Source: Nibricoccus sp.
Lineage (GTDB): Bacteria; Verrucomicrobiota; Verrucomicrobiia; Opitutales; Opitutaceae
Assembly: GCA_047602425.1 (NCBI GenBank)
Contig: JASGHG010000001.1
Location: forward strand, 1,950,263 to 2,014,262
Direction of reading: 5' to 3'
Length of the DNA stretch: 64,000 bases
In this document: piece after piece, positions 22,119-31,577 of the stretch
Position numbering within the stretch: position 1 is the stretch's first letter
Layout: every line of letters starts with the position of its first letter
Translations under genes and position numbers: made by a program
Notes under the pieces: generated by a model
Told to the model about the DNA's origin: nothing
Seen by the model: the letters and a program-made list of their open reading frames with translations, nothing else
Database searches by the model: none

Positions 22119-23159
22119 TCATTTCGAACACGTTGTAACGTCGCCCGTTGCTACGTCGATTCTCCAAGAATCCGGCTCCCATGATTGTGATGGTGCCAGG
22201 CGCAACTGACCTCCACCAATTTGAACTGGATGCCAAAGATATCGGCTATCCCACAACTCCTGTGGACGCCACATATCACCAAGGTAAATCACCGTTGTCT
22301 TTTTCGAACCCACGACCTTGAGAAGATTTGTCGATTGCGAAAGGTAAGTATGCGACTCAGGCGGTGCGAAATCTTTGAATTCAGACCAAGGCCCATCAAG
22401 TCGCTCCGCTGTCGCGTACTTGTTGGCATTTGGCCACCAGCCCGTGAGCTGCGAACCGATAACATAATATAGTCCGTCATAGTGGACGACCGCGCCCCCC
22501 TCAAGCGGAGCTCTGATAAAGGCAATAGCACGTTCAACGTCGAGATAGTCAGCCGAAAGTTTCGCAATATAAAACCCTTTTTCAGGACGGCTCTCGAAAA
22601 CCAGATATGCTTCACCATCGTCATCGATAAACTGACCGATGTCCCGGCTTTCCTTCCCGAGAGGACGGAAGCTGCGCACGTACTCGTAGTCGCCGTCAAT
22701 TTTGTCACAAACTGCCACACCGACACGGGCGATGCTGTAGCGCGATTTACTTCCGGGCATTCGTCCGTCCACATGCATGTATAAAACAAACTTCCCTGTA
22801 CGCACATTGTGGTAGACTTTCGGTCGCTCCAATACCCACTCGCTTCCGAAATTCTCTGGGTCGGCCAAACGTAGAATCTGATTCCTAAACTTCCAGTGCA
22901 CCAAATCCCGCGACGAATAACACGAAACACAACGTAACATCGGATCGTTGTCACGGGACCGGTCTTCACCGATCCAATACCATGTGTCGCCATATCGGAT
23001 AACTGAACCACCGTGCGCCTGAATATGTTTCCCTCGGTCGTCGAGCCAAGGCATAGCTGGCGAAATATATTCATCACCGGTCTCGGCCCATGATTTTTTG
23101 GGTGACGCAAAGATCACAGCCAGTCCGGTAAGAAACAACGCAGCGCGATTTAGATGCAT
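22119..23159 (-). CDS. Secreted glycoside hydrolase family 43-like protein
   Basis: Signal peptide, AHGGSVIRYGDTWYWIGEDRS, LERPKVYHN, YYVIGSQLTGW. The five-bladed-propeller GH43-type blocks are present. Confidence 0.7.
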   Translation of the reverse strand: MHLNRAALFLTGLAVIFASPKKSWAETGDEYISPAMPWLDDRGKHIQAHGGSVIRYGDTWYWIGEDRSRDNDPMLRCVSCYSSRDLVHWKFRNQILRLADPENFGSEWVLERPKVYHNVRTGKFVLYMHVDGRMPGSKSRYSIARVGVAVCDKIDGDYEYVRSFRPLGKESRDIGQFIDDDGEAYLVFESRPEKGFYIAKLSADYLDVERAIAFIRAPLEGGAVVHYDGLYYVIGSQLTGWWPNANKYATAERLDGPWSEFKDFAPPESHTYLSQSTNLLKVVGSKKTTVIYLGDMWRPQELWDSRYLWHPVQIGGGQLRLAPSQSWEPDSWRIDVATGDVTTCSK

Positions 23160-23228
23160 GCAAGCCTTTCGAGTAACGAAGCGTTCCCACTATTTTGCCA
23201 ACAGCCCCCTGCCACAATTCTTCGAGCA

Positions 23229-23242
23229 TTTACACTGTTAGC
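23229..23242 (-). promoter_or_regulatory. Copy of the recurrent PUL promoter-region motif
   Basis: Plus strand TTTACACTGTTAGC equals GCTAACAGTGTAAA relative to the GH43 gene starting at 23159. Confidence 0.45.
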
Positions 23243-23314
23243 TATATATCCGCTGGTTATCGACTGCGCAAAACAGATTTTTTGTATATAAAAGCAAAAA
23301 CACCAACAGGCAGG

Positions 23315-24382
23315 CTATTTGGGGCACTGCGTCCGCTGCGGCAGACTTTTGCCATCCACCCAGCGCCCCTCAACGAGGATCCGCCGACAGTGCTCAGGGA
23401 TTCCACGTTCGTTCTGATGTACAAGCCCCGCAAGAGTGCTCATCGCCACCCGTCCTATTTCATAGGAATTCTGATCAACACCAGCGTCAAAATTTCCATC
23501 AAGCAAACTGATTGTCGCCACCCCGACATCGCGCGGAACCTCATAGCCAAGCTTCTTCAAGCACTCACAGAAGCGGCCTTCGGTACAGATCAATGCGTCG
23601 GGTTTATATTTTTTCAACCAACGACTCAATGCCTCGCGAATTTGTACCTCTGTCTCGCCATCCTCGGCGACAAAAGGCGGCAAATGCCGTTCCAGTGGCG
23701 TAAGGTCATCCTGCGAGCTGAGGTAGCCAGCTCGAAAATTCCCTTTTGTGTTTCTTTCAAATCCCCGACCGCTCACGTACCCAATGCGTTCGTAACCCAC
23801 TTTGTGAGCCTGAGAAAAAGCAAGCGCACCACATTTCGTCTGATCACTTGTCACAATGTGAGCCCGAGGGTGTTTCACGGAGGCGCCAAACCGGACGATT
23901 GAGAAATTGCTCCAGTCAAAGTCCTGCAAATTCAACCCATCGCGATGAGGAGGAATCAAAATTCCACGAACATTTCGGGTCAGCAAAATCTTTTGCAGGC
24001 GCGGAACCGTCAAATCCTTAGTGAGAACAAATTCTTCTAAACGATATCCCAGTGTTTCAGCCGCATCGCGGGCACCGTTCCAGTAGGCATCGAACTCGTG
24101 CAAACGACGCAATGCCTTTGGATCTTCCCATTGGTTTATCCAAGCGACGGCGGAACGAATAGCGAGTTTATGCTTCGATTGGCGGTACGCCGAAAGCGAA
24201 GATAGCATCGGGTCAGGTCGATAACCCAATTTTTCCGCCGCCGCAGCGATCTCCTGCTGGCGCTCAAGCGAAACGCGCGGATCATGACGTAATGCAAGAG
24301 AGACCGTAACGTGTGAAACGCCTACCACACGAGCGACATCACGAAGGGATACTCGTTGGGAGCCTGAGGGTTTGGGCGGCAT
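23315..24382 (-). CDS. LacI-family transcriptional regulator
   Basis: N-terminal HTH VSLRDVARVVGVSHVTVSLALRHDPRVS...AAAEKLGYRPDP, followed by a periplasmic-binding-protein-like sugar-binding domain. Confidence 0.9.
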   Translation of the reverse strand: MPPKPSGSQRVSLRDVARVVGVSHVTVSLALRHDPRVSLERQQEIAAAAEKLGYRPDPMLSSLSAYRQSKHKLAIRSAVAWINQWEDPKALRRLHEFDAYWNGARDAAETLGYRLEEFVLTKDLTVPRLQKILLTRNVRGILIPPHRDGLNLQDFDWSNFSIVRFGASVKHPRAHIVTSDQTKCGALAFSQAHKVGYERIGYVSGRGFERNTKGNFRAGYLSSQDDLTPLERHLPPFVAEDGETEVQIREALSRWLKKYKPDALICTEGRFCECLKKLGYEVPRDVGVATISLLDGNFDAGVDQNSYEIGRVAMSTLAGLVHQNERGIPEHCRRILVEGRWVDGKSLPQRTQCPK

Positions 24383-24402
24383 ATGGCTATTTGAAGTTCC
24401 TA

Positions 24403-24418
24403 CTTACCAGTGTAAACC
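24403..24418 (+). promoter_or_regulatory. Copy of the recurrent PUL promoter-region motif, in the divergent LacI / symporter intergenic region
   Basis: CTTACCAGTGTAAACC. It lies 21 nt from the LacI start codon (24382) and about 120 nt upstream of the symporter start (24537). Confidence 0.5.
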
Positions 24419-24536
24419 CTAAAGAAATCGAGCCTTTGCCCTCACGCTGCAAAACTGATTCCATTCACTCCAAAGGCTAGCGGCATAACCGTGCAGCTAG
24501 CTGCTTCCCCAAGTCCCAACTTCACGACAGCTTCAA

Positions 24537-26339
24537 ATGATCACCCGCTACGACTACCTCAATATCGCCGTTTACTTCGCGTTTGTGTTGGCGATTGGCC
24601 TCTACTTTTCCCGGAGAAGCAAAAATACATCCGACTATTTCCGTGGAGGCGGTGCGCTACCGTGGTGGATTACCGGTGCTGGCGCTTGGATGGCAGGGTT
24701 TAGTGCGTGGACATTTACAGGGACCGCAGCAGAAATTTATCAAACTGGGCCGTACGCGCTGATTATTTTCTACGCGAACCTAACGGCTCTTTTCGCTATA
24801 CTTTTTTTCACGTGCTACCGCCTGCGACGCATGCGAGTTGTCACACCGTTCGAAGCTGTTCGCTTGCGCTTCGGCCCTGCTACTCAGCAGTTCTATACGT
24901 GGATTCGTTTGCCCGTCGCCGTGATTCTCGCGAGTATGATGCTTAATACCGTGGGGGTATTCATGGCTGGCGCATTCGGAAGTGACTTAACCAGCACCAT
25001 AGTCGTTCTCGGATTCACAGTAACATTTGTCTCGCTATTGGGTGGATCGTTCGCCGTCGCAGCCAGCGATTTTGTTCAAATGCTGATTGTGGTTACCGTC
25101 ACGCTGATCGTAAGCGTTCTCGCGCTGGCGCACCCGTCAATCGGCGGTGTCTCTGGGCTGGTCGCAAAAGTTCCGACCGCACACCTTAACTGGTCAGAGT
25201 TCGCTCGCCCCGAGTTGATCGCATTCTGGTTTTTTGCCCTTACACTCAACAATCTGTTTGTACAAAACAGCCTTTCGGACGACCGCACCGCTAAATTCAT
25301 GATGGCCCGCAGTGATCGTCATGCCCGCCTCATGCTCGCCATTCCTATCGCTGGCACAATAATCACACCACTATTGTGGGTCATCCCTCCGATGGCGGCG
25401 GCCGTTTTGCACCCAAATATTGGCGCCTATTTCCCTAACTTAAAGTATCCAGCAGAAGGCGCGTTCTTACTCACGGCTCACACAGTATTGCCGCAAGGCA
25501 TGCTCGGGCTACTTATCTGCGGAATCTTCGCCGCGACACTGACCCATGCCGATACCATCCTGAATCAAGGCGCTGGCATGTTGATTCGAAATTTTTACCT
25601 CCCCGTCGTCGACCCTTATTGCTCAGAGAAGAAACTGCTGCGCCTTAGTAAATTCGCCACAGCTATCTTCGGGGTGTTGATCATTCTATTGGCCGTCTAT
25701 GTCAGCAAACAGCGCACCACAGGCCTTTTTCATCTACTCAACCAACTTGGTATTGCCCTGATGCTGCCGCTCGCCATCCCCACCTGCCTCGGGATGTTCT
25801 ACAAACGAACGCCGTCGTGGTCCGCTTGGTCCACGGTCGTAATCGGCTTTTCCTTCGCCGCTTTCGCCACGTTTGTACTCAAGCCAGAGATGCTCGATTG
25901 GATCCCAGGTTTCAAAGGCCCTTTCACCCCCAAAGAACTAAACCAGTTCGCCAATATCGCAACCGTCACATTGGTCGGCACGAGTTGTGTTATCTGGTTT
26001 TTCTTCACCAGCCTCTTCTATGATCGCAGCTCAGCCGTCCATAAAGCCAATGTCGAGGAGTTCTTCGAACGTCTCCGCACCCCTTTACTAGAGCCAAAAG
26101 AGGAAGCGGCCGAAGACCTGGTCTTCCCCACCTCGGTGGGACGCTTCTGCCTGCTTTACGGCGGTATCATCACACTGTTCGCCGCAATTCCAAACTCACT
26201 CTCAGGCCGCCTTTGCTTTGTGGCATGCGGCGGAATGATTCTCACCGTGGGCGTGCTACTCACCCTGCGTTACAAACGGAAAGCTGCGTTATCCGCCAAG
26301 CCTGCAACACCTACTACCGCCAATAAATTCACCAAGTAG
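24537..26339 (+). CDS. Sodium:solute symporter (SSS) family transporter
   Basis: 600 aa with about 13-14 hydrophobic segments. The N-terminal pattern DYLNIAVYFAFVLAIGLYFSRRSKNTSDYFRGGGALPWW is typical of SSS proteins. Confidence 0.85.
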   Translation: MITRYDYLNIAVYFAFVLAIGLYFSRRSKNTSDYFRGGGALPWWITGAGAWMAGFSAWTFTGTAAEIYQTGPYALIIFYANLTALFAILFFTCYRLRRMRVVTPFEAVRLRFGPATQQFYTWIRLPVAVILASMMLNTVGVFMAGAFGSDLTSTIVVLGFTVTFVSLLGGSFAVAASDFVQMLIVVTVTLIVSVLALAHPSIGGVSGLVAKVPTAHLNWSEFARPELIAFWFFALTLNNLFVQNSLSDDRTAKFMMARSDRHARLMLAIPIAGTIITPLLWVIPPMAAAVLHPNIGAYFPNLKYPAEGAFLLTAHTVLPQGMLGLLICGIFAATLTHADTILNQGAGMLIRNFYLPVVDPYCSEKKLLRLSKFATAIFGVLIILLAVYVSKQRTTGLFHLLNQLGIALMLPLAIPTCLGMFYKRTPSWSAWSTVVIGFSFAAFATFVLKPEMLDWIPGFKGPFTPKELNQFANIATVTLVGTSCVIWFFFTSLFYDRSSAVHKANVEEFFERLRTPLLEPKEEAAEDLVFPTSVGRFCLLYGGIITLFAAIPNSLSGRLCFVACGGMILTVGVLLTLRYKRKAALSAKPATPTTANKFTK

Positions 26340-26354
26340 ACGTCACGAAAAATC

Positions 26355-27953
26355 ATGCCAGCGTCGATCTCCAATCCCGTTCTTCGTGGTTTCAACCCCG
26401 ACCCTTCCATCGTGCGGGTTGGCGACGACTACTATATTGCTACGAGCACATTCGAATGGCTTCCAGGCATCCAGCTTCACCATTCGAAAGATCTGATTCA
26501 TTGGCAGCTGATCGGGCACGCCCTTACCCGCGAATCACAGATCAATCTGCGCGGAATCGCAGATTCCGGTGGTGTTTGGGCACCTTCGCTTAGTTATGCT
26601 GACGGCCAATTCTGGCTCATTTACACGAACATCCGCACCTGCGGAATGGGCCGCCCGTTCAAGGATATCGGAATTTACCTAACCACAGCTAAAGATATAA
26701 ACGGTCCTTGGTCCGACCCGGTTACGCTCAATGCGATCGGTTTCGATCCCTCGCTTTTCCACGACGACGACGGCCGCAAATGGCTCGTCAACATGATGTG
26801 GGATTTCCGAAAAGGGCGCAACCGCTTCGCTGGAATCGTATTGCAGGAATATGATCACGCGCGGCGTGCGCTAGTAGGCCCAATGACCAAGATTTTCGAA
26901 AAAGACGTGCTTATTGAAGGGCCAAATATCTACAAGCACGACGGCTGGTACTACCTAATGCTGGCCGAAGGCGGTACGGGCTGGAATCACGGCATCTCGA
27001 TGGCACGATCCCAAAATATCGTTGGACCCTACGAGTTCGACCCACAGGACGCCGTCCTCACCACCCGCGACGACCCTACTTGGCCCTTGCAAAAAGCCGG
27101 GCATGGAGAACTTGTTCAAACCGCCAACGGCGAATGGTACGCAGTGCATCTCGCCAGCCGTCCGGTTGGCAGCGGCGACCAACGTCGCTGTATTCTCGGA
27201 CGCGAGACTTGTCTCCAAAAAGTTGTCTGGTCCAGCGATGGATGGCTCCGTCTCATCCAAGGCAGTCATCATCCCGCCATCGAAGTCCCTCCGCCAACCA
27301 ACGTCAGCCGTCACCCATGGCCCAAGGTTTCCGATCGCGACGATTTTGCAAAAACCAGCCTCGATCACCAATGGGCTTGGCTGCGTTCACCGCTCAATGA
27401 ATCGTGGCTTAGCCTGCAAGACCGTCCGGGTTGGCTGCGCCTCAGCGGTCGCGATTCACTTTTCTCTCTCTTCACACAGAGCCTTGTCGCCAAACGCGTG
27501 ACCAGTCTGCGCTCGATCGCCGATACTTGTGTCGAGTTTACCCCGACTCACTTCACGCAGATGGCCGGACTTGTCTTCTATTACGACACCCGAACCCATT
27601 ACTATCTACGAATCACTCACGATGAGATTCAGGGAAAAGTTCTCGGAATAGTCCTCACAGACGACGGATCATACGATGAATTGCTCGGCACCCAGATACC
27701 GATCAACCATTGGCATCGGGCTTGGCTCCGCGCAGAACTCAACCACACACAGCTGCAATTCTTTGCATCGCCGGACGGCCAAAGCTGGAGTCCCGTTGGC
27801 GCCGCGTTGGACGCGACTAAAATCTCCGACGACTACGGCTCAGTTCTCCACTTCACCGGCGCATTCTTCGGCCTTTGTGCTCAAGATCTCGGTGGCACAA
27901 ATACGCCCGCATATTTTGATTACTTCCAGCTTCGCGCTATCGAGCGGTCCTGA
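26355..27953 (+). CDS. GH43 beta-xylosidase / alpha-L-arabinofuranosidase-like enzyme with a C-terminal beta-sandwich
   Basis: NPVLRGFNPDPSIVRVGDDYYIATSTFEWLPGIQLHHSKDLIHW, GGVWAPSL, IEGPNIYKHDGWYYL. These are the canonical GH43 (XynB-type) blocks. Confidence 0.9.
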   Translation: MPASISNPVLRGFNPDPSIVRVGDDYYIATSTFEWLPGIQLHHSKDLIHWQLIGHALTRESQINLRGIADSGGVWAPSLSYADGQFWLIYTNIRTCGMGRPFKDIGIYLTTAKDINGPWSDPVTLNAIGFDPSLFHDDDGRKWLVNMMWDFRKGRNRFAGIVLQEYDHARRALVGPMTKIFEKDVLIEGPNIYKHDGWYYLMLAEGGTGWNHGISMARSQNIVGPYEFDPQDAVLTTRDDPTWPLQKAGHGELVQTANGEWYAVHLASRPVGSGDQRRCILGRETCLQKVVWSSDGWLRLIQGSHHPAIEVPPPTNVSRHPWPKVSDRDDFAKTSLDHQWAWLRSPLNESWLSLQDRPGWLRLSGRDSLFSLFTQSLVAKRVTSLRSIADTCVEFTPTHFTQMAGLVFYYDTRTHYYLRITHDEIQGKVLGIVLTDDGSYDELLGTQIPINHWHRAWLRAELNHTQLQFFASPDGQSWSPVGAALDATKISDDYGSVLHFTGAFFGLCAQDLGGTNTPAYFDYFQLRAIERS

Positions 27954-29050
27954 CTTTTTTGGGACTTCGAACAGAAGCGATGCCGCGACCTCTGCATCCA
28001 ATCCTCCCCCGATCAACCCACGTACCTTCGACCATCGTCGCGATTGGAACTTCAGGGATCCCTTTTTCACCGCGCTGGATCATCGCTGCCAGTAGCTCAA
28101 TCGCACGTTCGCCAATATGCTCAGGTTGCTCCACGATCCCAGAAATGCGTGTTCTTGAATCCGCATTTAGCGCACTGACGACAAAATATGGAATTCGAGC
28201 CATTCTTGGTTTTAGATAACTAGAGAAGTTTTTAGCATTATCTTCACCGCCTACAATAATCACGTCCGGTCCGAAAACGTTTGCACCAGCGCTCCAGTTC
28301 GTGACGTGCATCCTCAGAATAAACGAGTGGCGGAATGAGTGCAGTACCACCCATGAGGTTTTGCCAAGCCACAGCAGCAGTAAAATGGTGATGCACGACC
28401 TCGTCTTGCCCCGTCGAAAGTGCCAGCCCTATTCGAAGAAACCCTGCCTCGACCAGCCGTTGGCATAAGTTCATCATATTAGTGAACTGACGCGGAACCA
28501 CACGGTGAAACTCAGGCTGCTGTACTCCGTAGGTTGCCGTTACGACCGAAAAATCATCCCAGTTAAACAAATTGCTTCGATCAACTAGCTTGGCCATCGG
28601 TGCGAGTAAAATGCCTTCGACTCCTCGGCTGCGCAGCATTCGCTGCAAGTCCTGCCTAAAGGGACGTGGGTCGTCAACGAACAAGACCTCGAACCCAAAC
28701 CCCAGCGACCGTGCCCTCTCCCGAGCAGCATTCAACAAAGCGTCTAGATAAAAATTTTCCTGCGGCGTTTTGACCGAAGTAATCGCAAATAGCTGCGACT
28801 GATAGCTGGGCTTTCTCTGCAAACGCAAATAATGCATGAGTTGAGAAACACGGGGATCGGGCGTGTATCCCAGCTGCTGAGCCACCGCACGCACGCGCTC
28901 TCGCGTCGCCAGAGAAATTTTTGGGTGATTTCGCAATGCCAGAGAAACTGTCATCGAGCAGACCCCAATTGCCTTCGCGATTTCTCTAACTGTCGGCTTT
29001 TTAGTACTTTTTATTGGTTCCATTTGCCAATTAGGTTTACTGCATACCAT
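27937..29050 (-). pseudogene. LacI-family regulator split by a 1-nt frameshift (pseudogene or assembly error)
   Basis: ORF 28244-29050 gives the HTH (PTVREIAKAIGVCSMTVSLALRNHPKIS...QQLGYTPDP) and most of the sugar-binding domain. ORF 27937-28350 in another frame gives the missing C-terminus (GPDVIIVGGEDNAK...ERAIELLAAMIQRGEKGIPEVPIATMVEGTWVDRG), collinear with the intact paralogue at 23315-24382. The frames meet at AAACGTTTTCGGACC (minus strand, about 28270-28284). Confidence 0.8.
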
Positions 29051-29160
29051 TAAAACACTCGTTTGATCCCAGCCAAGTCGTAACTTACTCCCGTGCGGTC
29101 CGAAAAATGCCGCATGCCCCTAAATCCCCGTACAACCGTTAAGGTTCACCCATAACTACC

Positions 29161-31503
29161 ATGCTACGAAAACATGCGATATTCGTCACTGCGCTCGCCG
29201 CATTGAGTCAATCGAGCTATGCTCAAAATAAACCGTCTTCTACCAACAACGAAGAGGACATTGTTACACTAACCACGTTTCAGGTTACTACGAACAAGGA
29301 CAACGGATACCGTGCCTCTAATTCTGTTTCCGGATCGCGTATCGATACTCCAATCAAGGATCTTCCGTTCGCCTTACAGGCTTTCACACAGGACTTCATA
29401 AGCGATCAACATCCAACCAACATATTCGACGTCACGAAATTCTCACCCGGCGTAACTTATCGCAGCAACGATTTCGCAGAAGGAAATGCTAATCTCGCCA
29501 TCCGCGGTTTCGCAATTGGTTCAGCCGGCAATAGCATGCTGCTCCGTGACGGATTCCGCGGGCCTTCTGTCCTCGATTTCACAAATGTTGCCCGCATGGA
29601 AGTGGTAAAGGGACCAGCTTCCTTCCTATACGGACAGGTGGCTCCCGGTGGCATCGTAAACGTCATTACCAAAACTCCACAGGACAAGTTCGGTGCTACA
29701 GTGTCTGCAGAGTACGGCTCCTATAATCAATATCGCAGCACGGTGGACGTCACTGGCCCAATTCAAAAGGATCTGCTGTACCGAGCAGCGTATTCATACA
29801 ATCACGATATTGAATACTGGAAGCCCTACGAAGCGAATCAGAGCGATTTCGCCCCGCAGCTGCTTTGGAAACCAAACTCAAGCGCAACGCTCTCCGTCAA
29901 ATACGAGACATACCGCAAAGAAGAAACTCCGCCCGTCTTTCAAAAACCAGGCTGGGGATATTCGAACGGTGTTATTCCAACCGCAACAGATCCCAACTAT
30001 AGCGGCGTGGACGTTCCAGGCCTGCCGTCCAACTGGAATAGTATGGCTGACTCCGACTACCGCATCAGTAAAGACGACAGTGTGCTTGCAACGCTCGATC
30101 TCAAAGCAAACGACAACTGGGTAGCACGTGCGAGCTATTCGTTTGATCGCAACACAGTCGACATGGTCTTCTCTGGAAATTTGGGCGTAACCAATGGGAG
30201 TTATATCCAAGGTCGCCGCTGGCGCGGTGTAACCTACAAGACAACTTCGAACACCTTTGAAGGCCAACTTGTCGGCACCTACAAATTCGGCAGGTCCAGT
30301 CTTCGCCTGCTTTTGGGATCCCAATTCAACCCTTACAAATTCAAGAACTGGCAGGCACAGATCGCCAACAGCTCGTCACCAAGTTACTCACCGGCCTCTC
30401 CACTCCCTCCTTGGGATTTACGCGATCCCTCCACCTGGAACCGCGTGATTCCCATGAGTTTCACGCACGACCAAATGACCAGCAACGCCACCAGCTCGAT
30501 CACACGCTCGACAGACAGCGCGTTGTACGGAGGTGCAACCGTAGGCTTCCTCGACGACCGTATAATGCTCCTCCTCGGAGTCAGAGCGACCACCAGCGTG
30601 AGCCAAACGAATGATTTGCTGACCAATGTGGCAGGCCAAGAGTTCACCACAAAAAAGAGCACACCCCAGCTGGGCCTCCTCTATAAAGTAACCTCCGGAA
30701 TTTCCGCGTTCGCTTCCTACAGCGAATCGTTTGTCCCAAATGCCCGCGTACTTCAATCAGTTGATAAAAGCTCTTCTGCTTGGCGGCAGATCATCGTCGG
30801 ACCCGCTGCCCCCACTCTTGGAAAGGGATACGATGTCGGCATCAAAACTGACCTCTTCGGAGGAAAGATCTCCAGCACATTGGCCCTCTACGACGTTCAA
30901 CAAACTAATATCATTAATGATATCGCCGAATTCAATTCAGCAACCGGCTCTCAGTTTATAACCAACATACAAAGCGGAAAGCAAGAGAGTAAAGGTGTTG
31001 AACTCGACGTTGTATATTCTGTGACCAACAATTGGCAGATTTATGCATCTGGCAGTGTGATGGATGCTAAGATCGTATATTTGTACACAAAGACCATTGA
31101 TGACTACTATCTCTCCGTCAGTGACTATACTACCCTGGACACCTCGGGGCAGGCCAACTACAAGAACGTGATCCGCTATCACGGTCGGCCGTTGCAGATG
31201 AGCGCGCCACGTCAATACAACCTTTGGACTCGCTACGGTTTCACCGGTGTTTTGAAAGGATTTTACGTAGCGGGTGGCGCCAACTATACAGGTGACCAGA
31301 CGCTACTCCCAGATACGCCGTCTTGGGCACACCAAACCTACACGCTTTGGAGTGGCCTCGTTGGATATACCACCAAGCTTTTTGGCCATGAAACGAAATT
31401 CGAGCTGAACGGCAAAAACTTGACCAACGAATACTACCGGCCATCGCAAAGCTCTCGATGCCGTCCCCGTGAGTTTGTTTTAAGTGCCTCTACAAAATTT
31501 TAG
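29161..31503 (+). CDS. TonB-dependent outer-membrane receptor (780 aa)
   Basis: Signal peptide, plug region (SGSRIDTPIKDLPFALQAFTQDFI, MEVVKGPASFLYGQVAPGGIVNVITK), beta-barrel, terminal ...STKF. Confidence 0.9.
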   Translation: MLRKHAIFVTALAALSQSSYAQNKPSSTNNEEDIVTLTTFQVTTNKDNGYRASNSVSGSRIDTPIKDLPFALQAFTQDFISDQHPTNIFDVTKFSPGVTYRSNDFAEGNANLAIRGFAIGSAGNSMLLRDGFRGPSVLDFTNVARMEVVKGPASFLYGQVAPGGIVNVITKTPQDKFGATVSAEYGSYNQYRSTVDVTGPIQKDLLYRAAYSYNHDIEYWKPYEANQSDFAPQLLWKPNSSATLSVKYETYRKEETPPVFQKPGWGYSNGVIPTATDPNYSGVDVPGLPSNWNSMADSDYRISKDDSVLATLDLKANDNWVARASYSFDRNTVDMVFSGNLGVTNGSYIQGRRWRGVTYKTTSNTFEGQLVGTYKFGRSSLRLLLGSQFNPYKFKNWQAQIANSSSPSYSPASPLPPWDLRDPSTWNRVIPMSFTHDQMTSNATSSITRSTDSALYGGATVGFLDDRIMLLLGVRATTSVSQTNDLLTNVAGQEFTTKKSTPQLGLLYKVTSGISAFASYSESFVPNARVLQSVDKSSSAWRQIIVGPAAPTLGKGYDVGIKTDLFGGKISSTLALYDVQQTNIINDIAEFNSATGSQFITNIQSGKQESKGVELDVVYSVTNNWQIYASGSVMDAKIVYLYTKTIDDYYLSVSDYTTLDTSGQANYKNVIRYHGRPLQMSAPRQYNLWTRYGFTGVLKGFYVAGGANYTGDQTLLPDTPSWAHQTYTLWSGLVGYTTKLFGHETKFELNGKNLTNEYYRPSQSSRCRPREFVLSASTKF

Positions 31504-31521
31504 GTGTAGGTGGTGTTGTTC

Positions 31522-31556
31522 AAAACCGCCCGTGCTTAGCATGGGCGGTTTTTCTT
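31522..31556 (+). terminator. Rho-independent terminator after the TonB-dependent receptor
   Basis: AAAACCGCCC-GTGCTTAGCAT-GGGCGGTTTT followed by a T-run, 19 nt after the stop. Confidence 0.8.
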
Positions 31557-31577
31557 TATCTAAAAAGGCCAAGGTAT

